This document shows, piece by piece, positions 10,503 through 23,400 of a stretch of DNA of 64,000 nt (its first letter is position 1; the number at the start of each line of letters is the position of its first letter). Source of the DNA: Cladosporium halotolerans. Taxonomy: Eukaryota. Both the position numbers and the translations under genes were made by a program. The notes beneath the pieces were generated by a model that worked only from the letters and a program-made list of their open reading frames with translations, made no database searches and had not been told where the DNA came from. Location: contig NW_027191462.1 in assembly GCF_011745625.1 (NCBI RefSeq), positions 310,001-374,000 on the forward strand, in the 5' to 3' direction.

Positions 10503-13500
10503 CTGCGCGCGCGCTTTCGCGTCGGCGATCAAAGTAGGCAGGATAGGTGGGTGAGATTTGCGTCCAAGTTTTGGGTCCTTTCTGGCTTGCTGGTCGGGGT
10601 GGTTTTGTTCGCTTGTGCGATGGGTGTTTGGTTGGTGTGGTTGGTTGGTTGGTATGTGCGTGTGCTGCACTGCGAGGATGCAGTGGATGGTTCGGGCGGG
10701 CAGCTTTGGCTGTCGTGCGCGGCCTGGTGGTTGCCGTGGTGTTGGTTGGTTCATGTCGTTTATGGGGAGGTGTGAAGGAGTGTGGATGCCTAGGGATGGG
10801 TGTTGCCTGTGTTGATATTCCGATGATGATGAGGTCGGGGACTCTGATTGATGATAGCTCGGTCGTGGATTATCGTTCGCATGAACAGTTGCGTGCCGAC
10901 ATGGGGGTCTTTGTACATATAGCGAAGGTACATGTGGGTTTTGTCTCTGTCTGGCGGGGCTGGTTCAATCGGGGTCGAGCGGGAAAGAGGAAATGCTGGG
11001 TTGTTCATTGTCAGGAATAGCAGAACAGTTACAGGGTGTATTATCATCTACTCGTTGGCCTGGACCACCATGGCGATCGTAGTCGCTGCCTTCCGAACAG
11101 CTTTACGAGAGCATGGCTTTATCGTGTTGTTCGCCGTATCGTTTCCATGCTTCAATCAATGAACATAGACGATTCGAACATTTTCAACTGCATGGTGAAA
11201 TTTCGCAGCCGTAACTGGGACTATGTCTGACATGCCACGAACGCGGCGTGCTGCGGACAGAAAAGTCGTGGGGCTGATGTGAAGTGATGTGAACGAAATT
11301 GACTTCTCATATCCAGGTTGACGACTACACGATAGGCCGCTCATTAGCAACTGATATACATCACATTTTCATTTTGGGATAACGATGAGCCAATTGAGAG
11401 AAGTTGTTTGACTCACAACCGAACAGAGACGTGTCTATAAGGAGTTGTCGTTGAAGCTTAGGGTAGTTAGGGTTCGGGTTGGGGAAGTGAAGGCATATTT
11501 CCACTTCGAGACAGAACTACGTCTATCGAACTTCCCCTCCTCTCACACCCCACATGACAACATCGTGATCAAGATGTTCAAAATAAATGATAATACCAGG
11601 TCTTGGTACGTTACCGCCCATATCGTCGCCGCCCGTCAATCCCACCACGGGAGCCTCACACGCTACGACCACACCGGTCGCCCACCGAACGACGGCACAT
11701 GTCAACCACACGCCCACCACCGATCCAACAACATCCTCTTCCCCCAAGAGCCCTACCCGTGCACCAGCCGAGGACATGACGCACCAGCCCGCCTCCGCCC
11801 CAACCCCCGCCTCCCAAAACCGCCCTCCAAACCACGGAACCAAACCAACAAACCGGCTCGCAGCGCCCAGCCGAGCCCTAAACCGCCCTACGCAACGACG
11901 ACGACCCGATCGGTCTGCCGTCCGCTCCCAAAACGCCAAAGCGTCCGTCCAGAGAGAGCATGCAGCCCAGCCAGACGGAGGGCCGCCCGCGCGCGCGCGA
12001 CCCTGAGGACGCGATCGTCCGGTACGCGACCTGGCGCGGACGGCCAAAGGTTCGATATAGGCGGGCGCCAAGGCGATATAGGTCGTGGTGACTGGACGGG
12101 AGCGGAGGGTTTTTGGAACCGGGTTTTGCTGCTGCTGTGCGGGGATTACTCCGGGGCGGGAGGTGGGTTGGGGGAGGGGGGAAGAGTGGTTCTGGTCTGT
12201 TGAGGATGTATTGATCCGTTTGATTGTTGTCGACGGGTTGGAGATGGGAGATGGATGGAGGGGGCTGGTAGGACCAGATGATTGCGGGCGGGACGGTGGG
12301 TTGCAATTGGGCACAGCGGACTGACAGTCCGGCTTGATACCAGCTCGAAGGGCGTTGAGAGATAGAAGAGCTGGGTTGTCTCATGCCAGATTGGGCGCGG
12401 ATGGCAGTGTTTTCGAAGTCATGTGGCCGTTGATCATATCACAGCGACAGCTCTTGCGCAATATGAACGGCCGGACGCGGCTCCTGGTGTACACAGAGGG
12501 CTGACTCTTCTGGAAGGTGGGATGTAAGATCATGTAACGCCTCTGCGGCGTTGGCTCTTCAGCGCATTGGCACCGCTTGCTCCCAGCGAGGATGGACACG
12601 TCACGATTGAGATGGCCGGGTGGCCTGAGAGAGGGCCGTTTTGCAGTCGCTTCGTGTCTCACCAGTGTCTATGGCAACTTAGAGTTCCAGACTCGCCTTT
12701 CCGCAAACCGTTTGAGGCGAGGCTTGATGAAGACTCAGCACACGAATCGGCGTATGTCAGCGAGCTGAGCATGATTCTCGAATTGACGACGCTGCTCTGG
12801 AAGATTGCGGGCGCTGCGCGTGCCGGTAACCTTGCCAGGACCTGTCATGTCAGGCCTTCCATTCACCCACGCGCAGATCGCCAAAAAGCTACCGGACGGT
12901 CACATGCAGCGGATGTGAAAATCTCCGGGCGGTACGCTAGCATGGTGTTCGCAGGTACGCTCAAGAGGAGGAGATCTGCTAGAGCGTGCGTGCCATTCTG
13001 GATTGGTAGGCTGCTTGTGCTTGGGCCCCGTCTGCTCGTATGCATGGAAAGCCAGCGCTGGAAGTATTGAAGGCAATCGCACTTACATTCCAGCGACGAT
13101 CTTGGACGTGAGCGAAAGTAGAGATAAGCTTCGGCGGAGCGACGCTCGCGACGACCCTGTCCTGGCTTTGGCTTTGATGACCTCTGGCTTCGAGCTGAGT
13201 ATACGATGCTGTGGACGTTCTGGAAAGAGTCAATGTTGATACTCTGCTCGTAGATACCATTGGGCGCGGGGAGAAATTGTTGTTTGAGACCTTATACACG
13301 CAATCGCCACAGCATCAAGCGTCGAAGCCGGACCGTTGGCAGCGCCGTTGGTCTATCGAATGTCTCGGAGAATTTGGCCTAGCAAGAGCTTGGATCTGAG
13401 TCAGTCGGGTCGAGTGTGGCTGCGGGCGGCTGGTGACGACGAGCTTGTTTGAAGATACGTGTTGGATATGCTCGCTATCGGGTGATGGAAAGGGAAGTAG

Positions 13501-15690
13501 AGCAGGCGAGAGTGAGACTGCGGCTGGTGTCTCTTCAATCTTGGATGCAGCACCGTTGGCGGCCGTCGATCCCTCCACTACTTTTTGCGATAGCTGTCAT
13601 TCGATTTGAGGATCGAGATGTCCAGTTGCTGTGGAGCAAGTCGACTGCAAGCTAAGTGCGGGTGTCGTGTAGTCAGATTGGAATTTGTCAAAGTTACTGG
13701 CTTTGCACGGCGAAAGTGATGACGAAACCACGCCTGTCAGACAGTGTAAGCTCGAGAGAATACTCCTCACATTAGTACTTTGATGCTGAGTGAGATGTGC
13801 AAACAAGCTAAACGCTATTTTGAGTTGTCGACCTGCATACTGCAACTCTGCATAACAAATGTGTGTCTGAGGTCGACTTCGTACTACTGACGCGTGGCTG
13901 CAAGTTCGAAGTTATTTTCTATTGCTGTAATCTCAGTGAAGATGAGGACAAGAAAGCCATCTCTGTCAATGGGCTCTCTGTCAATGAGCAATGCCAGTGT
14001 CGCGGATAGGACGGCCTAATATGGTTGAGCCAGATCCTAGGCTTCCTGACAAGTTCGAAGAAGATCCGCCTTTATGTAGGGCAGAGACCTTGGCACGTGA
14101 AACCTTTCCGAGGGCAACAGCAGAATCCCAGAGTGACCGAGGACACATCAACGCAAATTGATTGATCGGTGATGTGTGTCCATATGCGAGGACGTCCCAA
14201 TGACGCTACGACCCGCGCGGTGTCCCGTCTCTAAGAGCATCCGCTGAATCGCCGCGAGTAGTTCTTACCTAGCGCTACCGACATTTTCCGGGTACGTAGG
14301 ATCGACCGGGTTTGAATCGCGTTTTTGATAGATGGGGAGAATCAGGGCTTGCCGAAAACTACATTCGAACTGCTCAATCTGTAACAGAGCGCCACCGGGT
14401 GAGCAATCTGTTCAAGCTTCTAGGCCGGTATTCCGGTTGAGACAACCAGGATACGGATAGGCGTGTTGAGGGAGGCGCCACAGGCGGCAGGTATCTATTA
14501 TTGAGACATGAGACGCCTCTGCGACTCCCTAATCCAGTCTGGCCTCAGCGGAGGATCTGATCCAGGAAACCGTTCCTTCGATGCTTGTTTCAAGCGTCCA
14601 TTGATGGTTAGCGCTCCTGTTGCAGGCCGGGGTGGAGACTCGTTAGTTTTCTCTAGGGCATCGGTTTCGGGATATTTTTTGATGCCAGCCGCGCTTGCTT
14701 GCCCCGGTACAGTATGGTCGTGACGGCGACGCCGGGGCTGGGATGGAGATGGACAGCGTGTCGACGATTCAGCCATCTCTGAGTCGGGTATTCAGCTGCA
14801 TCAGTAGAGCATACCGCTAGCCATCATCCCCACATGGTGACCGTGGTTTTCGGATAGTGGAGGAAGCACAAGCCCACAGTCCATTGGAGCACCGTCCCGC
14901 CGTCTTCACGGCTCCAACCAGACGAAACACCCTGGAGGATTCGGTTTTGGGTTGATGATTGAGTGAGTCTGATCAACATGGTGCAGCAAAGTGTTGGAGA
15001 TCTGCACTTGATTCCGATGATTGCACCGCATGGACGGGTGTTGGCTCGACGGGGTGTTCAGGAGTGGATAAGGATCCTCCCGAAGAGCTGAGAATGAGTG
15101 ACGCTACGAGGCAAGGCGTGCAAAGAAGCCTTGTGGCGTTTTGCGGAGAGTAACATGTGACAGTAGTTGAGCTGCAACCATCTGCAGCGCGCTGGAGCAC
15201 GTCCCGGACAATCGAGCGTTGAGCGTCGGACATTTGTGTTTGTATAAGGGAGAAGACGCTATTGTTTGAACGCATATAGCCTAGTCCGGCGGGCCCGTTG
15301 CGCACTCGATGCTAGCCGGCGGCCCCTGCGCGGCAGCCGCAACGCCGGATCTTCCAACTGCCGCACGCACGCACGCAAGCTCGCGAGGGCGCTGGTGGCA
15401 CAGATGGCTATCCGGCGCGTGGATTACCACCGGCTGGTATTGCACCACGAGGCGTGCGAAGGTTGCGACGTGGCTGCGCGAGCACTCGAAAGTCCGACGG
15501 CCGGGAGCATGAGCAGCACCAGCGCGCTATCCGGTGCGGCCAGCAGCGTGTGCCTGTGCGAGTGTGTACCAGTAGTGAGTGCCCGTAATACCCGTATCAT
15601 GCACGCACGCAGCGCTTCCAGAAGCCCACAGAGTCATGCACCGCAGCACCCGTTTCACCGGCGGAGCCACGGCGGGCCACGGCGTGCACA

Positions 15691-15732
15691 CACGAAGGAG
15701 GAACACGAAGGAGGAACACGAAGGAGGAACAC
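15691..15732 (+). repeat. Tandem repeat (CACGAAGGAGGAA)x3.2
   Basis: Three perfect 13-bp copies plus CAC. Confidence 0.92.
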
Positions 15733-17428
15733 CTCGGCCGCCGCCTCGACGCACGCAGGCAGGCAGGCTGCTGCTGCTGTCGCGCTGCCCATACGAGCCT
15801 CGGGGTGCCCGCGCGCCATGCGATGTTGGCTCGCGTGCTGTGGGCTGACATGCGTCGCCGTGCCTCGCCATCCTCTGCTCTGCCCTGCCCTGCCCTGCCC
15901 GACCGCCGTGGTATTTCCGTCCAGCATGGCGGAGCGTGGCAGGCAGTGTCAGCAATAATCCTGCGTGAGCCTGCCAGGCAGCCAGCCTCCAGCAGCCAAC
16001 AGCCAGCCGACAGCAGACAGCAGACAGCAGCCTGCGCTCAGCTCTCAGCATCCTCGCAGCACACCACAGCACTCAGCACTACCGCAGACACCACAGCTGC
16101 ACAGCTCCCCCGGGCCGCAGACACCGCCACGGCACAGATGGCACGCTCGCTTCAGCCTCAACCTTGCTTCGCGCCGGTGTGCTCGGAAGCGCTCGCCGGC
16201 CTGCTCTCTTCCCCGCGGCAAGGGAGAGGCGAGGGAGAGGCGTCCGGCGCTAAAGGCTAACGGCGCCCGAGTGATGCGATCCGAATCTCTGGGGTCCACA
16301 CGACGCGATGCGTGTCTCGTCTCTATTTGGAGGCTTGGGGGACAACCGCTGTCTCGAAGGCGGCAGCCCTCGATGATTGCTCGAGAGCCCCGCGTCCGTT
16401 GCTACAGCCGGGAGTGAGCATCACTGAAACCGTCACAGGCCATCCCAACGTCCCTACAGGGCGGCAGCGCAGGCGACACAGCAGCAGCAATTCTCCGGGT
16501 CGATGACGGCAGCAATACCACGGAGGCGGGGATGCTGGGCTTGCTGGCCATGCTGTTTTCGCCCGTGGGCGCGGATCTCCTCCATCAGCCCAGCGCGGAT
16601 CCCTCGCCCAGCGCAGTGCTAGCCTGCCGCAGCCTCCGTCCAGATAACCTCTGCGCCAGCAGCGCTCCCGTAAGCAGGGGCCAAATTGGGCGCGCAGCAG
16701 CCTCTTACGTCCTGGCGGAGCGGGAGTCTAACGCGCAGCACGGACGATATGGAGAGCCGAATATCGTGACTTCAACATCAGCCAGCCGTACTGCATCCAG
16801 CACGCTACGGGCCTATCTTTGGGGGCGTGCTTACGGTGAGCCCTTGCCGGACATGGCAGTCCTGCACGCAATGGCACCGCCGTGGGTGGATCTCTGACCG
16901 TTAGTGCGGTGATCCGTTTGAAACCTCCATGTGCTGATTTTGGCACATCTGGGCATGGCTCAGAGCATGGACGCTGTCTCCAGCTCCCAGCACTGTCCTG
17001 CCGTCCGGAACGGCTGTGGCAGTATCGCTCGATCAAGGTAGGGATCCTGCCGGCCCCTGGTCAACAAATGCAACGCCTGCCCGATATATTATTACTCCCG
17101 GACGCCTTCTCCCAAATCGCTTTCAGTTACTACCCTCCCCATTCACTCTTCAGTTGTTCGTACAGACTAGCCACCTGTCGATCATCCTTTTCTTATTCCG
17201 TTCCAACATAGATTGTTGCAGCTAGTACACTACCAGCCCAGTGTACTTGTTTACCTAGACACTCACTCTCACATCCAGTTACTCGACATCTTCTGTGACT
17301 AGCCACCACAGTCGACCAGATATCCGGATTCCTCTTTGCCAAAATAATCACGATCGCCTCAAATCACCGAATCTTACGAATCTAATCAAATCATAATCGA
17401 TCCGAACTCCCACCAACCAGCCGCCAAC

Positions 17429-20400
17429 ATGTCGAACGTTCTCCTGTTCGGCGATCAGACCGCCGAGCAGTACCCTCTGCTTCGCAAGACGGTCCTCCGC
17501 ACTGGCAATGCCAGTTTGTCCACCTTCCTCGAGCGCAGCTCCACTGCTCTTCGCGAGGAAATCAAGGCCCTGCCTCGCCAGCAGAGGGCAAGATTCCCGG
17601 ACTTCATGACCATCAACAACCTGCTCGATCTTTACTATGAGAAGGGCGACAAGATCCCCATGCTTGAGTCGGCCTTCATCACCATCGCTCAGCTTGGTCA
17701 CTACATTGGATACTTCTCTGAGCACCCCGAGGAGCTCCCGAGCGCGCAGAGCACCCGCGTCCTCGGTCTTTGCACTGGCCTCCTCGCAGCCGCTGCCGTG
17801 GTCTCTGCGAAGAACGTCTCCGACCTGGTTCCGCTTGCGGTCGATTTCGTCCGCATGTCCTTCCGCAGCGGTGCTATGGTCAATGGCCCCAAGTCCGCCA
17901 TGACCCTCACTGGCGAGGAGAAGGCCAGCTGGAGCACCATCTGCACCTGCACCACTGAACCCGCTGCAAAGAAGGCGCTCGACGCTTTCCACAAGGAGGC
18001 CGGCATCCCGGTCTCCAGCCAGGCATACGTCAGCGCTGTCTCTGTCATGGCCATCACCATTTCCGGTCCCCCGAGCACCACGAGGCGTTTCTTCGAGTCT
18101 GGTCTGCTCGCTGCCGGCAACCGCGTTTCCATCCCGGTCTTTGCTCCGTACCACGCTGAGCACCTCTACACCGAGGCCGAGATCACCAAGGTTATCGGTG
18201 AGGTCGCCGAGAAGCTCGAGGCCCGCCGCCCGGCTTCTCTCGTCCACTCTGCCGCCACTGGTAAGGCCATCGTTGCCGAGAACTCTCTGGAGCTCGTCAA
18301 AGATGCTCTCAGCCAGATGCTGCAGAAGCCTGTCCGCTGGGACCACCTCCTCGAGGAGACCGTCTCCCAGATGACTGCCAACACCAAGGTCGGCAACAAG
18401 ATCTTCGCCATCGGTGTCAGCAACGTCGCCAACTCTCTGGTCTCCGCTCTGAAGGCTGGTGGTCAGAACGACATCACTGTCACTGACTACACCACCTGGA
18501 GTGAGGCTGAGGAGAGGGCTCACGGCCGCACCCAGAATGACAAGATCGCCATTGTCGGTCTTGCCGGTCGTTACCCCAACGCCGCCAGCCACGAGGCTCT
18601 GTGGGACCTGCTCATGAAGGGTCTTGACGTCCACCGCAGGATTCCTGCCGACCGCTTCGACGCCGATGCGCACGTTGACCCCTCCGGCAAGGGCAAGAAC
18701 AAGTCTCACAGCCCCTTCGGCTGCTTCATTGACGAGCCCGGTCTTTTCGACCCGCGTTTCTTCAATATGTCTCCTCGTGAGGCTGCCCAGACTGATCCCA
18801 TGGGCCGTCTGGCTCTCGTCACTGCTTACGAGGCGCTGGAGATGTCCGGATACGTGCCTAACCGCACTCCCTCCACCAAGCTCCACCGCGTTGGTACCTT
18901 CTACGGTCAGACTTCCGACGACTGGCGTGAGATCAACGCCGCCCAGAACGTTGACACCTACTTCATCACCGGTGGTGTGCGTGCCTTTGCTCCCGGCCGC
19001 ATCAACTACTACTTCAAGTTCTCCGGCCCGTCGTACTCCGTCGACACCGCCTGCTCTTCCTCTCTCGCTGCCATCCAGCTTGCTTGCACTTCCCTGTGGG
19101 CTGGTGACTGCGACACTGCTTGCGCTGGTGGTCTCAACGTTCTGACCAACCCCGACATTTTCTCGGGTCTGTCCAAGGGTCAGTTCCTGTCCAAGACCGG
19201 ATCTTGCAAGACCTACGACAACGCCGCCGATGGTTACTGCCGTGGTGATGCCTGCGGTACTGTCATCCTCAAGCGTTACGAGGATGCCATCAATGACAAG
19301 GACAACATCCTTGGCTGCATTCTCGGCGCTGCCACCAACCACTCCGCCGAGGCTGTCTCCATCACCCACCCGCACGCTGGTGCCCAGGAGTTCCTTTACA
19401 AGAAGGTTCTTGCCGATGCCGGTGTTGACGCTCACGAGATCAGCTACGTCGAGATGCACGGCACTGGTACCCAGGCTGGCGATGGCATTGAGATGACTTC
19501 GGTCACCAACGTCTTCGCCCCGCGCCACCGCCAGAGGAGGGCCGACCAGCCCGTGAACCTTGGTGCCATCAAGGCTAACATCGGTCACGCTGAGGCTGCC
19601 TCCGGTATCAACTCTTTGTCCAAGGTCCTCCTGATGATGAAGCACAACAAGATCCCCGCCAACGTTGGTGTCAAGGGCGAGATGAACAAGGGCTTCCCCG
19701 CCGATCTTGGTGACCGCATGGTCAACATCCCTCTCAAGCAGATGGAGTGGCCCCGCAACGGCAAGGACAAGCGCAAGGTCTTCCTGAACAACTTCTCTGC
19801 CGCTGGTGGTAACACCGCGCTCCTCCTCGAGGACGGCCCCGCCTACGAGGCTCCCAAGGGTGTCGACCCTCGTGGCACTCTGCCTGTCACCGTCACTGCC
19901 CGTTCCATCGGTGCGCTCAAGCGCAACCTTGAGAACCTGCAGGGTTACATCAAGCAGAACCCGAGCACCTCGCTCACCTCTCTGTCCTACACCCTGACTG
20001 CTCGTCGCATCCAGCACAACTACCGTGTTGCATTCCCGCTGTCCGACATCAGCAAGGTCATCGACTCTCTGCAGGCTCAGAACAAGGAGTCCTACAGCCC
20101 GGTCCCCATGGTCCCGACCAAGGTTGCCTTCTGCTTCACTGGCCAGGGCTCGCAGTACACTGGCCTCGGCCAGAAGCTCTACCAGGATCTCAAGAGCTTC
20201 CGCGAGGACATCAACCAGCTCGACCACCTTGCACGCATCCAGGGTCTGCCGTCCTTCCTCGAGCTCCTCGATGGCACTGACGTCCAGACTCTGTCCCCTG
20301 TCAAGGTCCAGCTCGGCATGGCCTGCATTCAGGTCGCCCTTGCGCGCATGTGGGCTTCTTGGGGCATCACTCCCAGCGCTGTCATTGGCCACAGCCTTGG

Positions 20401-23400
20401 CGAGTACGCCGCTCTTCACGTTGCTGGCGTCATCTCCGCCTCCGACATGGTCCTCCTTGTTGGCCGCCGTGCTGAGCTTCTTGTCCGCGACTGCACCCCT
20501 CACACTCACGGCATGCTTGCCGTTAAGGGCAGCGCTGACGCCATTCGCGCCACTCTTGGCCCCAAGATGACCGAGATTGCCTGCATCAACGGCCCTGAGG
20601 AGACCGTCCTGTGCGGCAGCAGCGAGGTTGTCGGTGCCGCCAACGAGGCCCTTTCTTCCAAGGGCTTCAAGGCTACCAAGCTGAACGTTCCGTTCGCTTT
20701 CCACTCCGCTCAGGTTGACCCGATCCTCGAGTCTTTCAAGAAGGTTGCCTCCTCTGTCACCTTCAACAAGCCTGACGTCCCGGTCCTCTCTCCCCTCGCT
20801 GGTGAGATCATCCGTGAGGCTGGTACCATCAACCCTGAGTACCTGGCCCGCCACGCTCGCGAGACCGTCAACTTTTGGACCGCTCTTACCAGCGGCCAGA
20901 AGGCTAAGGTCTTCGACGAGAAGACCGCCTGGCTCGAGGTTGGCGCTCACCCCGTCTGCTCCGGCATGGTCAAGGCATCTGTTGGCGCCACCGTCACTGC
21001 TCCTTCCCTTCGCCGCAACGAGGACGCCTGGAAGACCATTGCCACCAGCATGTGCGCTCTCCACACTGCCGGTGTCAACTTCGACTTCGATGAGTTCCAC
21101 CGCGAGTTCAACGATGCTCAGGAGCTTTACTCGCTCCCGGCCTACAGCTTCGACAACAAGAAGTACTGGCTCGACTACACCAACAACTGGACCCTGACCA
21201 AGGGAGAGGTTCCCCAGGTCAAGGAGGTCTACGTCGAGAGGCCCGGTGCTGCTGCTGCGCCTGTTTCTGAGGCTCCCGCCAAGCGTCTCTCCACTGCCTG
21301 CCAGCGCGTCGTCTCTGAGGACTTCTCCGCCAACAACGCCAACGTTGTTGTCCAGAGCAGCCTCGCTGATGAGAAGCTCTACCCCGTCGTCTGCGGCCAC
21401 ATGGTCAACAACGCTGCTCTCTGCCCGTCTTCGCTGTACGCGGACATGGCTCTGACCGTTGGTGACTACATCTGGAAGCAGGCTCGCCCTGGCACCGAGG
21501 TTCCCGGCATGAACGTCTGCAACATGGAGGTCGGAAAGCCTCTGATCGCGCAGATCCCTCAGCCGGCCCAGGGCCAGCACATCCAGCTCGAGGCCAAGGC
21601 TGACCTTGCCTCCGGTACCGTCAAGCTCTTCTACCGCAGCGTCTCTCCTGACGGCAAGAAGCTGCTCGACCACGCCCACTGCACCATGTACTACGAGGAC
21701 AAGTCCGCCTGGGCTGCCGAGTGGTCTCGCTACAACTACATGGTCAAGAGCCAGATGGACATCCTGTCCCAGAAGACCATGACCGGTGGTGCCCACAAGG
21801 TCCAGCGTGGCATGGCCTACAAGCTCTTCAAGGCCCTTGTCAGCTACGCCGACAAGTACCGCGCCATGTCCGAGGTTGTCCTCGATGGCCAGAACACCGA
21901 GGCATCTGCCGTCCTTGACTTCCCCACCAAGCCTGAGGACGGTGACTTCTACTGCCCGCCTTACCACATCGACGGCTCCTGCCACATCTCTGGCTTCATC
22001 TGCAACGCCTCTGACCTCCTGGACTCTGAGCAGAACGTCTACGTGTCTCACGGCTGGGGTGCGATGAAGTTCTCCAAGCCCTTGACCGCCGGCATGAAGC
22101 TCAGGAACTACGTCCGCATGCAGCCGCAGCCCAACAACATCAGCAAGGGTGATGTCTACATCATGGACGGCGAGGAGATCATCGCCGTCTGCGAGGGCAT
22201 CAAGTTCCAGCAGATCCCCCGCCGCGTCTTGAACACCTTCCTGCCCCCTAACAAGGGCTCTGCTGCTCAGGCCGCTCCCGTCGCTGCTCCCAAGCCTGTC
22301 GCTGCCGCTCCTCGCGCTGCTCCGGCTCCCATCAAGAGCGCGCCCGCTCCGGTCAAGGCCGCCGCTCCTGCTCCTGCCCCCAAGGCCGCTGCTCCCAAGC
22401 CTAAGAAGGCCGCCGCCAAGAAGCCCGCCGCTGGCAACCTCACCTCCAAGGTCATGAAGATCCTGGCCAAGGAGACCGAGGTTGACGAGAACGAGCTCGT
22501 TGACGATGCCCACTTCGAGAACCTGGGTGTTGACTCTCTTCTCTCGCTCACCATCTCTGCCATCTTCCGTGAGGACCTCGACATGGAGATCAGCTCTTCT
22601 CTCTTCACCGACTACCCCACCGTCGGCGAGATGAAGAAGTACTTCTCTCAGTTCGACGGCGCCGCCCCGGTTGAGGCTGAGGAGTCTGACTCCGATGAGG
22701 ACTCCGTTCCTCCCACGGATGCGCCCACTCCCTACGAGCAGGACATCTCCACCCCGGCTTCCTCTGTGCCCAGCTACGCTCCCTCCGACGCTGGCAAGCC
22801 TGAGGTCCAGGACAGCCTCGGTGAGGTGAGCGAGGTCTCCCTCGCCCGCCATGTCGTCGCCCAAGAGATGGGTGTCGACATCTCCGAGGTCACAGATGAT
22901 GCCGACCTCGCCGAGATGGGCATGGACTCCCTCATGAGCTTGACCATCCTCGGTGAGCTCCGTGAGAAGACCGGCATTGACCTTCCCTCAACCTTCCTGA
23001 CCACCAACGCCACCATCAAGGACATCGAGGACGCTCTTGGTATGCGCCCAAAGGCCAAGGCTGCTAAGCCCGCTGCCAGGACCGAGAAGAAGAGCTCCGC
23101 TGGCCCTCAGCTCGATGAGGTCAGCGCAAAGCTCGCCGCCGTCAGCAAGACCGACCTCAGTCAGTACCCTCCCGCCACGTCCGTTCTTCTCCAGGGAAAT
23201 GCTAAGACCGCAACGAAGAAGGTGTTCTTTCTGCCTGATGGCTCCGGTTCCGCCACTAGCTACGTCGACATCCCCAACCTCGGCAAGGATGTCTGCGCCT
23301 ACGGTCTCAACTGCCCCTTCATGAAGAAGCCTGAAGACTGGACCTGCGGCATCGAGGTCGCCTCCCAGATCTACCTCGCCGAGATGAAGCGCCGCCAGCC

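Larger units (their letters stand above)
1851..17428. promoter_or_regulatory. Very long divergent intergenic/regulatory region between CMR1 and PKS1
   Basis: No recognisable protein family in ~15.6 kb; ORF-track hits are low-complexity R/A/P/G/S translations; GC-rich repeat-decorated blocks alternate with more neutral sequence. Confidence 0.65.

Noticed and set aside
11530..12310. Skew islands as MITEs or long hairpins
   Set aside because: Arms match only in composition; I found no alignable terminal inverted repeats, target-site duplications or shared sequence between islands.
8775..12384. 406-, 247-, 252- and 263-aa ORFs in the central spacer
   Set aside because: They translate microsatellites and skewed arms (poly-V/W, poly-P/T); stop scarcity follows from composition.
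17348..22864. 1838-aa antisense ORF over PKS1
   Set aside because: Codon-aligned shadow of the PKS; near absence of TTA/CTA/TCA codons in the sense frame removes antisense stops; no domain motifs.
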